64,000 bases of DNA from Chlorokybus atmophyticus (GCA_009103225.1 RHPI01000385.1:311898-375897); one strand, 5' to 3'; shown: positions 17,070-28,843, counted from the stretch's first letter. Numbers and translations are program-made. Notes: generated from the sequence alone by a model not told the origin.

Positions 17070-18914
17070 TCAAGTGGCACCTGTTGATTTGAGCTCATTC
17101 TCAAACTCCTCCAACAAGGCAGCACAGTTTGCCAAGTTGGTTTTCGGCTCCCAGGTGTTATGCTCTTCGCCATAACCAAGCCACTTCACCAAGTATTGGA
17201 TCCAAAAGTTCTTTCTGTACTTTCTGAACCGTTTGCCAACAATGGCCTCGACCTCATACTCGAGATCGCCCTCAACCTCAACTGGAGGGGGAGGGGGTTG
17301 CACTAGACCGTCACTCTTGTACTGTTTCAGCAGTGCTACATGAAACACATCATGTACTTGCATGCTCTTCGGCAAGTCAAGCCGAAAGGCACGGTCACAA
17401 ACACTGTCGGTGATGCGGAATGGACGCAGCCATTTTGGTAGCAACTTGCGTACCCCGCTTGTTTTGAGTCGAATGTTCTTCGAGCTCAACAACACTTCTC
17501 CAACTTGGAGCTCATCTCCAGGCCTACGTTGCCTGTTGGCATACATCTTTTGCCTGTCTTGCGCTGCTTTCAAGCAGTCTTTTGCATGTGCCAACGAGGC
17601 ATGCATGCTCTCTGTGAAGTCTCTAGCCATCGGCACTTTACTGAATGGCTCGACATTCAGAGACATGGGTGTCAACACATGACGACCGTAGTTCAGATAG
17701 AAAGGAGTGCTTCTTAGCGACTCATGCCATGCATTGTTCACAGCGAACTCAGCAAATGGCAGGTACACATCCCAATCATCGAACCTGGGTGATGTGTAGT
17801 GGCGTAGCACATCTTCCAACACCTGATTGACGCGCTGTGTCTGTCCGTCACTCTGTGGATGGTAAACAGTGCTCAAGCTCTGCTTAGTCCCCAAGTACCG
17901 GCACACAGCCTGCCAGAATTGGCTCACGGACTTGGGGTCACGGTCAGACACCAACTCTTTGGGTACACCGTGTGATCTGAACACCGAGTTCACAAAGACA
18001 AACGCAAACTCTTGCGCATCAATGTCTGTGCGACAGGGCTCAAATCTGACCATCTTGGTCAAGCGATCAACAAAGACAAGGACAACACTGTGTCCCTTCT
18101 TTGTAACAAGTAGATCTGTGATCAGATCCATGCTCACACTCTCCCATTGATAGTTGGGAATAGCCAAGGGCTTCAGCAACCTTGTTGGCTTCCTGTGCGA
18201 GGCCTTGTCTCTTTGACAAGTGTCACAACACGCGACATATTTAGATACATCAGCACCCAAGCTCGGCCGCCAATACTGTCTCTGCAGCTGCTTGATGGTC
18301 TTTGCCAATCCCATGTGCCCACTGTACACGGAATTGTGTGCCTCATTCAGACACTCTTGCCTCAAGCCGAGTGCATTTGGCACTATTAATTTGCCCTCAC
18401 GGTACCAGAGTCCCTTGTGACAAGTGATCTTGTCGTCTGCCTGCTTCAGCAACTCAACAAACCATGTGTTAAGTGCATAAGCACTAGGCAAACGCTGTAT
18501 GATGTCTTCCACATCAACGGCCATTGGGTCCTCCCCATTTGGCTCGTGCACTACCAACGGTGCTTCACTGTCTGCTCTCTCGAGCTCAGTTGGCATCTCG
18601 CTGGTCTCTGTTGCCACTGGTGTCTCATTGACAGCTTGCTCATGCACAGATCGCAACTCGAAAATACTGGCACTAGCATCACTTGCTTGTGCCCACCCTT
18701 GGCTTCGTGCACGTGCACGTGTTGTCACTGCCAACAGCAATGGCGAACGGCTCGAAGGGTCTGCCACATTCACTCTTCCTGATCTATAAACCCAGGTAAA
18801 GTTGAATCTAGACAAGTGCTCAGCCCACCTCGCTTGTCTTCTCGACAAGGTTGGTTGGGTCTGAAAGAAAACAAGGGGTTTGTGGTCCGTGATCACACTA
18901 AACCCGCCTTCCAC
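17070..18914 (-). pseudogene. Outer element pol: RNase H end, integrase and chromodomain
   Basis: TDHKPL; H..GH.G zinc-finger and C..C motifs; SMDLIT, SDRDPK, DGQTQR integrase core; GPY/F-like WLRPF; chromodomain YEVEAIV...YLVKWLGY...NTWEP. Confidence 0.9.
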
Positions 18915-20113
18915 CCCTGGATAGCAACGCTACTCTTGTAGCGCATGGACTACCCCCAACAACTCTTGCTCAGTTGTTGTTGTATAATTCCTCTCAGCAG
19001 GAGAGAACTTCTTGCTAGCATAAGCAAGGGGGTGCCCACTCTGGAGCAACACAGCACCAGTGCCTTCAACAGATGCATCACAGTTTACCTCAAAGGGCTT
19101 GGTGAAGTCCGGCAGCTGCAACACAGGCGCTGTCACCAAAGCCTCTTTGATGGACGCAAAAGGCTTCTTGCTGCCTCTGTGACCACCTCCACACGACCTT
19201 GTCACGCAACAGATTAGTGAGAGGGGCAACACGCGATGAGTAACCCAGAATGTATTTGCGGAAGTAGTTGTTCAAGCTTAAGAATGCGCGGCTCGTGCAC
19301 ATTCTTGGGACTAGGCCAAGCCTTGACCTTGGCAACCTTCCTTGGGTCAGGGCGCACGCCCTTCTTGCTCACAATGTGCCCGAGGAACTCTAGTTCCTTC
19401 TTGCAAAACTCGCACTTGGGCATGTAAGCATAGAAACGGTGCGCACGCAGCGTTTCCAACACCTCGCGCACTTGCGCGGCGTGCATGTTAGCATCCTTGC
19501 TGAACACAAGTATATCATCAAGATATACAAGCACTGTTTTCCCGATCAGCTTGTGAAACACACGGTTCATCATAGCTTGAAAGGTGGCTGGCGCATTCGT
19601 CAGACCAAAAGGCAGCACTTTGTACTGAAAGTGTCCCACAAGCGTTCTGAACGCTGTCTTGGGCACATCTTCCGGTGTGATCCAGATCTGATGGTACCCA
19701 CTGATGAGATGCAAGGAGCTAAACACTGAGGCACCGCTCAGTTGATCAAGCAAATCATCTATCCTTGGCAGCGGATACCTGTTCTTGATGGTCAGCTTGT
19801 TCAAGGCCCTATAGTCTACGCACATGCGTAGCCTGCCGTCCTTCTTGTGTACGAAAAGAATGGGTGCTCCGAAAGGAGAGCTGCTTGGCTCAATCAATCA
19901 CTTCTCAAGCAAGGCCTTGATCTGCCCCTCCATGTCCGCATACTCAGATGGACTCAGCCTATACATAGGTCTGAACGGAGGCTGCGCATCAGACTTTAAA
20001 GGGATCGTATGCCATACGTCCCTCTCAGGTGGCAATGCAGGCTGTTCAGCTTGAAACACATTAGAAAATTCAGACAACAGATCTTCAAGGGCCGTGTCTG
20101 GTGGCTTGCCACC
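18900..20113 (-). pseudogene. Outer element pol: reverse transcriptase and RNase H, with frameshifts and stops
   Basis: IEPSSSPFGAPILFV, RMCVDYRALN, YLDD, EFLGH, CDAS..G.GAVL. There is an in-frame stop (LLEK*LIEP) and frameshifts near 19230 and 18920. Confidence 0.92.
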
Positions 20114-21289
20114 TGTAACGGAGTGCTACCTCTATAGAGGTTCCCCGCCCTTATTTAGGATTAAATAAGGGTCCCAACGGGTATATACAGCCAATTAAGC
20201 CGTATTAGGGCCGTTAACCTAGTGTTAAGGCCCTAATGTAGTGTTACTTAACTGTAACACTGATATGGACATGAGACTCATGTCTCATGTCGATATCAGC
20301 TGTATGGCGGCTCTGCTAAACGCAGCGGCCGCCATAGCCAGGGGATCTTCTGCTCCGGCAGTGGCCCCTGGCGGCGGCGGTGACGGCGTCGTGGCTGGCG
20401 GCGGTGTTGGGGTAGGGGATTAAAGGGGGCGGTAGCACCCCTCTTTACATTGGTATCGGAGCACGGGCGTGAAGAGCCTGTGGAAGGGGCGGCGGCAGGC
20501 GGCAGGCGACTGCGGCGGCAGGCGACTGCGGCGGCAGGCGACTGCAGCGGCGGCAACTTGTGGTAGTTATTAGGTGGTAGTTGTTGTTGTGATTGTTATT
20601 ATTAAAACGCTGTTGCTGGTGTAGGCTAGTTACCTAGCCCTGCCTTGCCTTGCCTTGCATAGCCTAGCTTGCCCTGCCCTAGCCTAGCCGAGCTTGTTAG
20701 CTTGCGTGTAGGGGAGGCGGCCACTCAGGCAGCCTTCCCCCTCAGTATTGCATGCCCAGCACATCACATAGTGATTTATATATATATAACCACTTGTGTG
20801 TGCTTGTGCTGGCCACCACGTGGATTCGTGGTGGTGTAAAGGGTTTGACCCCCCTTGTGAGACAGTCCGGTGGCAACATCGGCTGTCGTTACCGCCAGTC
20901 AGTGCGGTGAGGCCGCCAGAGTCATTCTGTGCGGCCAGTATCAGACTCACAACTCACAACTCGCTGATATCACCCTGTAGGGTTGATTCAACGAGATTTT
21001 GGCACCCTGTGTGTCAATTACAATTGTGGGTTGAGTTGAGTTGTACAAAGTGCAAACTTTGACAAGCTGTAACTTGTGAACCGCCGCGTGAATTCGCGTG
21101 CGGTTTGTTTCTAAGCAAGTGTCTAGTTGAGAAGTGTGTGGGGAGCTCTTGTTTGAGCTGTATACTCCACGTTACACACTTGAAACTTGACGAGACAACA
21201 TCAAGTGATTTTGACACTTTTGCAGTGCACAACTCGTGTGTTTGTGCACTTGCAAACTTCAACTATTGACGGCTTATATTCTTGGGCAG

Positions 21290-22762
21290 ATGTCTGACCA
21301 AGGAGGGGACGACGTGGAGAAGTCCACATCATATGAGCCATCAAGTGAAGAGGAAGTGAATTACTCTGACACGAGTGAGAGCTATCAGCTGACCGTCAGT
21401 GAGAAGGAGGGAGACAAGCAAGAGAGCGATGCTTCTCCCGACCAGTCTGCTCAGAGTGTACCAGTTGCAGTAAACGCTGAAATGGCACCACCTGCAGTTG
21501 ACTCTCAGAGTGTCATTGGCGGGGCAATTGAGAAGTATGCCCAGGAGCGCAAGGCTCTGCTTGATGCCAACCCACAGCTTGGCAAGGAAACATGGGATGC
21601 ATGGGCTCAGAAGGTTCGTGATGGCTATGAGACGGACTTTGTCACACTTCCTCGCGCAAGCAAGGAGATGGTGATCCGCATGCTCGAGCACGAGCTGACG
21701 AACAATGTTCCGCCACTCGTGCGCGGTGATCCGAAGGTGGCTGCTCTGATGGCTGTTTACGATAAGCCTCCCCCTTACCAAGGCAAGCGAATGGCGTTTG
21801 AGGCTTTGGCCAACTTGGGAGTGGAAACCTCACAGCGTTGCAAGGACGTGTTCTGGTACTTGGGACCTAACTTGGAAGACAAGTTGACTGGCCGAGTGCA
21901 GTTGACGGCACGCCTCGATGCTATGCAGGCTGAGTTGGTGGCGCTGCGCCAACAGGTGGCGGGTGCTACTTCAGCAGCTGGAGCATCAGCGGGGCTGCCG
22001 GTTACAGCACTGAATAAGCCTGAGAAGTTCAAGCCCAACGGCAGCGTCAGTATCCACGACTGGGTGGTAACTGTTGAGCACTATTTAACAGCATTGAGAC
22101 GCCCCGTTGGTGAACACATTGCTGTTGCTGAGTTGCTCATGCCTTCTGACGCTCTCGCCGAGTGGGCGAGGCAGACACAGGACGGTGCTACCAAAACAGT
22201 GGAGGCACTGTTTCAGTTCCTGACGGAACGCTATGGTGGCATGGACCCGGCTACTCAGGCTCGTAACAAGCTCAGCAAGTTGCGACAGAATGGTCGGGCG
22301 GCTTCAGCCTATCTGCAAGAATTCCAGGCATTGGTGGGTCGTGCCAACAGCGGCCTCATGCCTATTGACAAGGCCGAGCAGTTTGAGTTGTACAAGCGCG
22401 GCTTGGATGCGCGTGTGCGCGATCAGCTGCAGTACAACACGGCAACGGGACTTCCTTGGGTTCCTGAAGACTTGGCCCAGCTGCAGAAGCTGAGCGTGTA
22501 TCTGTACAGTGATGACACGGCGGTGCAGGAAAAGGCACATATGGCAGCTGCGGCTAAGCCGCACGGGGTGGGAGGGAAGCGTTACCCTCAGCCGAGTGCG
22601 CACACGGCAAAGAAGGCGAAGACATTCACGCCTCCTACCGGTGGCACATCTGCTGGTGGTGGTACACCCGCTGCGGCTCGCACCTGTTACGTATGTCACC
22701 AGCCGGGTCACATTGCGAAGAACTGCCCCGCCAAGAAGGGCAAGGCCAAGAAGGTTGAATAG
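21290..22762 (+). CDS. gag: Gag of inner element (acidic N-terminal extension, retrotransposon capsid, CCHC knuckle)
   Basis: KPEKF...QARNKLSKLRQ capsid-like region; CYVCHQPGHIAKNC zinc knuckle; stop TAG. Confidence 0.93.
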   Translation: MSDQGGDDVEKSTSYEPSSEEEVNYSDTSESYQLTVSEKEGDKQESDASPDQSAQSVPVAVNAEMAPPAVDSQSVIGGAIEKYAQERKALLDANPQLGKETWDAWAQKVRDGYETDFVTLPRASKEMVIRMLEHELTNNVPPLVRGDPKVAALMAVYDKPPPYQGKRMAFEALANLGVETSQRCKDVFWYLGPNLEDKLTGRVQLTARLDAMQAELVALRQQVAGATSAAGASAGLPVTALNKPEKFKPNGSVSIHDWVVTVEHYLTALRRPVGEHIAVAELLMPSDALAEWARQTQDGATKTVEALFQFLTERYGGMDPATQARNKLSKLRQNGRAASAYLQEFQALVGRANSGLMPIDKAEQFELYKRGLDARVRDQLQYNTATGLPWVPEDLAQLQKLSVYLYSDDTAVQEKAHMAAAAKPHGVGGKRYPQPSAHTAKKAKTFTPPTGGTSAGGGTPAAARTCYVCHQPGHIAKNCPAKKGKAKKVE

Positions 22763-25700
22763 GATTACGCCGTGATTAATGTAGGTGTGGTTGATAGCCA
22801 GTTGCTTGAGATGCAAGCAGCAAGCTGGTTTGATGATCTGTCTCAAGTGCATGTAATGACACATGCATGGCAAGCACATGACAAGCTGCCACTCTTTGAT
22901 GTTAGAAAAGTGGAAGAGAATGCTTGTGTGCTGGTACATGTGGAGTTCAACATGCTTACCGATGTGTTGCATGCATTGACTGAGTTGCAAAATAAGCACA
23001 GAACCTTGAGTATGATGGTGATGGTGCCAAAGTATCATGGCCCATGGTTAAAACATACTCGGGGAGGGTCTGTGTTGAAGCAATTCAGCAAGCGTGAAAC
23101 AGGGACAATACGGTTGTCAGCCATATTGATCAACCCTCGCATTAGTCACGGACTCTTGGCTACGTTTCAAGGACGGGTGGTACCTCTGTTGTGGACATTT
23201 AGTGGCACAATGCAGGGTGTAAACAGTTTGTTCTTGATTGACACTGGTGCAACACACAACTTCGTTGAGGAACAATGGGTTGTGCGCAACAAGATAGCGT
23301 GTAAACCCTCAGCATTTTCAGCTGCCGGTGCGGGGGGTGCGTTGCCAGTGAAAGGGGAAATAAAAATGAAAGTAAAGATTGGTAATTATCATGCCACTCT
23401 TACTTTCATAGTGGTATCCATCGACATATCAGGTGTTGATGTGGTATTAGGACAGGAATGGCAGGAAAATGTCAAAATGACATTGGATACTGGCGCACGT
23501 TTGTGCACGGTAAAGAAAGGTCGTAAGCGTGTAACATTGTCTGTGAAAGGGTCACATAGCTTGGACCACAAGCAGCCCGACCCTGCGCTACTCACTGCAC
23601 TGCAAGTGAAACGTGCGTTACGCAAAAACACACCGGCTTTTCTGGTACACTTGACGTCGTCGGACGACTTTGTGCCGGAAAACACAGAAGGTGTTGCAGA
23701 CATCATTGAGAAGTATCAAGATGTGTTCTCAGATGAATTGCCAGGCTTACCTCCTGATCGAGGTGTCGGACACACAATACCACTAATTCCTGACAGTGAA
23801 CCTCCGTTTCGGCCTATATATAGGCTGAGCCCCCGAGAGAGGGGGGAAATGGAAACTCAAATCAAAGAGTTATTGGAAAAGGGATTGATTGAACCGAGTT
23901 CTTCACCCTTTGGCGCGCCCATCTTGTTTGTGATGAAAAAGAATGGAAAGCTGCGCATGTGTGTGGATTACCGTGCTTTGAACAAAATCACGGTAAAGAA
24001 TCGATACCCGTTGCCCCGGATTGATGATGTGTTTGATAAACTGTCGGGAAATGCGTACTTTAGTACGTTGGACTTGACAAGTGGGTATCATCAAATCCGG
24101 ATTCATCCTTCTGATGTTTACAAGACAGCATTCAGAACACCTTCGGGCCATTATCAATACAAAGTGTTGCCTTTTGGATTGACTAATGCGCCGGCAGTGT
24201 TTCAGAAGGAAATGAATAAGATTTTTGGTGGCATACTTGGCAAGTATGTTATGGTTTACTTGGATGACATCATTGTCTTTAGTAAAACCAAGGAAGAGCA
24301 TAAGCAGCACTTGGAAGCGGTGTTCGCCTTGCTGCGTACACATCGCTTGTTTGCCAATCTTGCGAAGTGTGACTTCTGCAAGACGGAGTTGCCATTCTTG
24401 GGGCACATTGTGAGCGGTGCGGGTGTGAAACCTGACCCTCGCAAAGTGCAAGTTGTAAAGGATTGGCCTCAACCTAAGAATATCCATCAGCTGCGATCAT
24501 TCTTGGGATTGGCAAACTACTTTCGCAAGTTTATGATGGGGTACTCCACAGTAGTGGTGCCTTTGACAAAACTGTTGCGAAAAGATGCTCCATTTTTATG
24601 GACAGCTGAACAAGAAGCTGCTATGCAACAGGTGAAGCTAGCTTTGACTTCTGCTCCAGTGTTGGCATTGCCAAACTGGGACAAGCATTTCACTGTGGTT
24701 AGCGATGCGTCCACCCTTGGGTGTGGTGCAGTACTGTTGCAAGATGGCAGACCATGTGCTTATGAGAGTAGGAAATTCATCCCAGCAGAGGTAAATTACA
24801 CTACCACCGAGCAAGAGTTGCTTGGTATAGTACATGCTCTGGAAACATGGCGCTGTTACTTGGAGGGGGTTCAGTTCATAGTGGTGACTGATCATAATCC
24901 ATTGGTGTATTTCTCAACACAGCAAAACTTGTCACGAAGGCAAGCTCGCTGGAATGAGTTTCTGTCTCGGTTTACCTTTGAGTGGGTATACCGGCCAGGC
25001 AGAACTAATGTTGCTGATCCTCTGAGTCGTTGTCCATCATTGTTGGCAGCTATGCGTGCGCAATTGCTTGCGACGCGCGGTACATTGCCACCGGATGATG
25101 AGTTTGTGCAAGCTGTTGTGCAAGGGTATGCTTTTGACCCATGGTTCTCGTCAGAGGACAACGTGCAAAAGCTGAGCAAACGAGACAACTTGTATTATGT
25201 GGGCACCAGCTTGGTAATACCTGACCATGCTGGATTGCGTGCGAAATGCATAGCTGATGTACACGATCCACCGTACGCTGGGCACTTTGGCAGTCGCAAG
25301 ACTGTTAAAGCAGCGCAACAGTTGTATTAATGGCCATCGTTGCCTGTTGACGTAAAACGGTATGTGGACACGTGTGACAAGTGTCAACGTGATAAGCCGT
25401 TACGTCAGAAACCAGCTGGTTTGCTGCGACCATTGCCTATTCCTGATGGCAAATGGGAAAGTGTGAGTATGGACTTAATTACTGAGCTCCCAGAGACAGC
25501 ATTAGGTCACACTGCGGTTGCAGTTTTTGTGGATCGTTTGACAAAAATGGTCCACATTGTCCCTTGTCGCACGGAGATAGGCTCCCGTGAGTTGGCGATG
25601 GTTTTTGTCGCGTCTGTGTTCAAGTTGCATGGCTTGCCCCGCAACTTCGTGTCAGATCGCGATCCGCGATTTGTGGCTCAGTTTTGGAAGTCGCTATGCA

Positions 25701-26533
25701 GCTTCTTACACATTCAGCAGAACATGAGCACTGCTTACCATCCACAGACGGATGGTCAGACAGAACGCGCCAATCAAGTGATTGAGGAAACCATCCGGCA
25801 TTATGTGAGCCCGAATCAGAGTGATTGGGATATTTATCTCCCAATGGCTGAATTTGCGATCAATAATGCATGGCAAGAGAGCGTGCAGGAGACTCCGTTC
25901 TTCTTGAATTACGGAGTGCATCCACTAAGTCCTGCGAACATTAAGTTGCCCGCTACTGACGTGACTCGCGTACCTGCAGCGCGCGAGATGGCTTTGGCCA
26001 TGCAGGATAGGTTAGCGTTGGCAAAAGACTGTCTGCGCGCAGCGCAAGACAGACAAAAAGCCCACGCTGATGTGCATCGTAGAGAGGCCACCTACGATGT
26101 GGGCTGTTCGGTGCTTTTAAGTACCAAAAACGTATCCATCAAGGGAGTGGGTACCCGCAAGTTTTTCCCTCGCTGGATAGGCCCTTTCAAAGTGACTGAT
26201 CGGGTCGGCACTCACGCGTATCGTTTGGACTTGCCAAAGTCGATACGCATTCACAATGTGTTTCACGTGAGTGTACTGAAACCATACCGTTCTGACGGTC
26301 GGGTTCAACCTCCTCCACCCCCCGTTGCAGTGGATGGCGACGATACTTTCGAGTATGAGGTGGAAGCAATCCTGAGTCACCGTAAGCCTCGACGCGGACG
26401 CGCGCCGTCTTACTTGGTGAAATGGAAAGGGTATGGTGTTGAGCACAACACGTGGGAGCCCGAAAGGAATCTTACCAACTGCCAAGAGATTCTTCGGAGG
26501 TACTGGAGTGTTGTGTCCACACGCGGACGGTAA
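22763..26533 (+). CDS. pol: Pol of inner element (Dam-like domain, protease, RT, RNase H, integrase, chromodomain), with one internal TAA at 25328-25330
   Basis: LIDTGA protease; YLDD RT; SDAS RNase H; SMDLIT/DGQTER integrase; WIGPF; chromodomain YEVEAIL...YLVKWKGY...TWEP. Same frame as gag. Confidence 0.93.
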
Positions 26534-26995
26534 AAGGGTGCTGGCAGACATCTTTACCGCTTCGGCCCTGGTTCTCTCACTGCTTTGGTTCTCGGTGCTC
26601 ATGGTGGGGCTTTGCTAACCCTTCAATGAGGACATTGAAACCTAAGTCGGGGGGAATGTAACGGAGTGCTACCTCTATAGAGGTTCCCCGCCCTTATTTA
26701 AGATTAAATAAGGGTCCCAACGGGTATATACAGCCAATTAAGCCGTATTAGGGCCGTTAACCTAGTGTTAAGGCCCTAATGTAGTGTTACTTAACTGTAA
26801 CACTGATATCGACATGAGACATGAGTCTCATGTCGATATCAGCTGTATGGCGGCACTGCTAACGCAGCAGCCGCTATAGCCAGGGGATCTTCTGCTTCGG
26901 CAGTTGCCCCTGGCGGCGGCGGTGTGGTCGGCGTGGCTGGTGGTGGTGTTGGGGTAGGGGATTAAAGGGAGGAGGTAGCACCCCCTCTCCTTACA

Positions 26996-27351
26996 TTGGT
27001 ATCGGAGCGCGCCAAACAAGTGATTGAGGAAACCATCCGGCATTATGTGAGCCCGAATCAAAGATATTTATCTCCCAATGGCTGAGTTTGCGATCAATAA
27101 TGCATGGCAAGAGAGTGTGCAGGAGACTCCGTTCTTCTTGAATTACGGAGTGCATCCACTGAGTCCTGCGAACATTAAGTTGCCCGCTACTGACGTGACT
27201 CGCGTACCTGCAGCGCGCGAGATGGCTTCGGCCATGCAGGATAGGTTAGCGTTGGCAAAAGACTGTCTGCGCGCAGCGCAAGACAGACAAAAAGCCCAAG
27301 CTGATGCGCATCGTAGAGAGGCCAATTACGATGTGGGCTGTTCGGTGCTTT
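26996..27351 (+). mobile_element. Internally deleted tandem copy of inner element (PBS fused to integrase C-terminal fragment), truncated at an N
   Basis: The 3' LTR is followed by TGGTATCGGAGC and then sequence matching ~25768-26113; it ends at the N at 27352. Confidence 0.85.
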
Positions 27352-27352
27352 N

Positions 27353-28487
27353 ACATTGTGCCCATCTGCATGCAAGGTCACACGACCTCGACCTTTGCGT
27401 ACACTGCAAAGTTTTGTGTCCACGTCTGTGCGCAAGCCACATGCTTGCTCCCAGTGGCTGCCAACAATGACATCCACGCCTGGCACCTCTACTGGGATGA
27501 CCAAGAACTTGAGCTGAGCATGATAGCCTTGCACACGCACAGACAAGCGTACAACTCCCCGCACGGGGATCTTAAGCTTGTTTAAGGCAACAACCATGTC
27601 ATCACACTTGCTGACACGAATGCCTAAGCGTCGCACAAGAGATTCACTCACGAAGTTCTCAGGTGTGCCCGTGTCTATCATCAAGATGCACGGCACATGC
27701 GCAACAGAAGCCTTGAACAACCTAGTCAAGTGAAGAGTACTTACCTCATGGATGGCAGGGGGGTCATACAACACACGCATCTGCCCCTTACCTAGCTTGA
27801 CCTCTCTCAGGACCTGCATGCCTTTAACAAAGCTGGTCCACAACCCAGGACGCTTGGGTACAACCACGCATGCACTTGTGTTGTGCGCACTCTTGCTCTT
27901 GCAATCCACATAGTCACTATGTGCACGGTGCTTGAGCATGTTTGACAACTCGTCAACAGGTGCATTGAGCAAGACACACTTGCCTGCACAGTAGGCTGCA
28001 TGAATTGAGTATCTACCTGTACACCCAACTCGTTCTCCCACACAGCGACATTGCATGGTTGGGGAAGGCGTGACATCAAGTCACTGAAAGCACATTGCGT
28101 ATTTACGTCCACATAGCAGCTAGCCATTGGCAATCCCTGTTGTACACATGGCTTCTTGCTCTCTTCATGTCCCTCATACATGAGAGCATGGCCCCGAGCA
28201 GCATCAGCTTCAGCTTCACAGAGCTGTGCTTCACGGCTACGCTTCCGCTCTCGGTGGTTCTGTACACTTGCATCGACAGATGCACCAACATGTCCCTTAC
28301 TTGGGATTGCACAGTCAACGATGTCACTTGACCGTTGCCATTAAGCTATGTTGGCCTCGTGTTGTTGCTGTAACGCTGTTACCTGCTCACACAACGTGGC
28401 AACCAAAGTGGTAAGCTGTCGGGTGGTCTTAGCAACATCATTGCCCCAAGATACCTCCTCTCTTGCTGTATGCTCTTGCTCAGCCAT
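27353..28487 (-). pseudogene. Outer element 5' coding region: short N-terminal segment, Dam-like domain and aspartic protease
   Basis: MAEQEHTAREE..., one in-frame stop and one frameshift; GKCVLLNAPV...TSACVVVPKR; MIDTGTPENFV protease. Confidence 0.8.
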
Positions 28488-28843
28488 TGCCACAAAGGTT
28501 AGGGCCAACACCACAAGGTGAAGTCCCTGTAACGTATGCACTCACGCGCACACGCGCGCACACACGCGCACACGCGCAGCTGGTACAGCAACAAGCCAAT
28601 GCGTGTGTAATGCTGTGTATGTGCAGCAAGAACACACAACCAATGCTCAAATCAGCGTGTAGAACGACCCACACCGTGCATGCAAGTGTGCACGCAGCTG
28701 GACGCACCAACTAGCATGCACAATCAGCTCAAAACCCTGCCATGTAGTGCGTGCAAGCAAAGAATTCAACGCACGCACGGTGCAGCAAGTGCATCAGCTG
28801 ATGGGCAAGCATGCAAGGCTTTGAATGCAAGCTCCGAGTCCAA

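Larger units (their letters stand above)
20114..26995 (+). mobile_element. Inner Ty3/Gypsy chromovirus, nearly intact, inserted antisense into the outer element
   Basis: LTRs at 20114-20449 and 26657-26995; PBS TGGTATCGGAGC (tRNA-iMet type) at 20451; PPT GGGGGGAA before 26657; gag then pol. Confidence 0.95.

Noticed and set aside
20485-20555. 18-bp GC-rich tandem repeat in the inner element leader
   Set aside because: Three copies of GCGGCGGCAGGCGACT-like units; an ordinary leader minisatellite with no further support for function.
22304-23038. 244-aa antisense ORF in the inner retrotransposon (also 21341-21781 and 23903-24487)
   Set aside because: Shadow ORFs opposite gag/pol with no recognisable domain.
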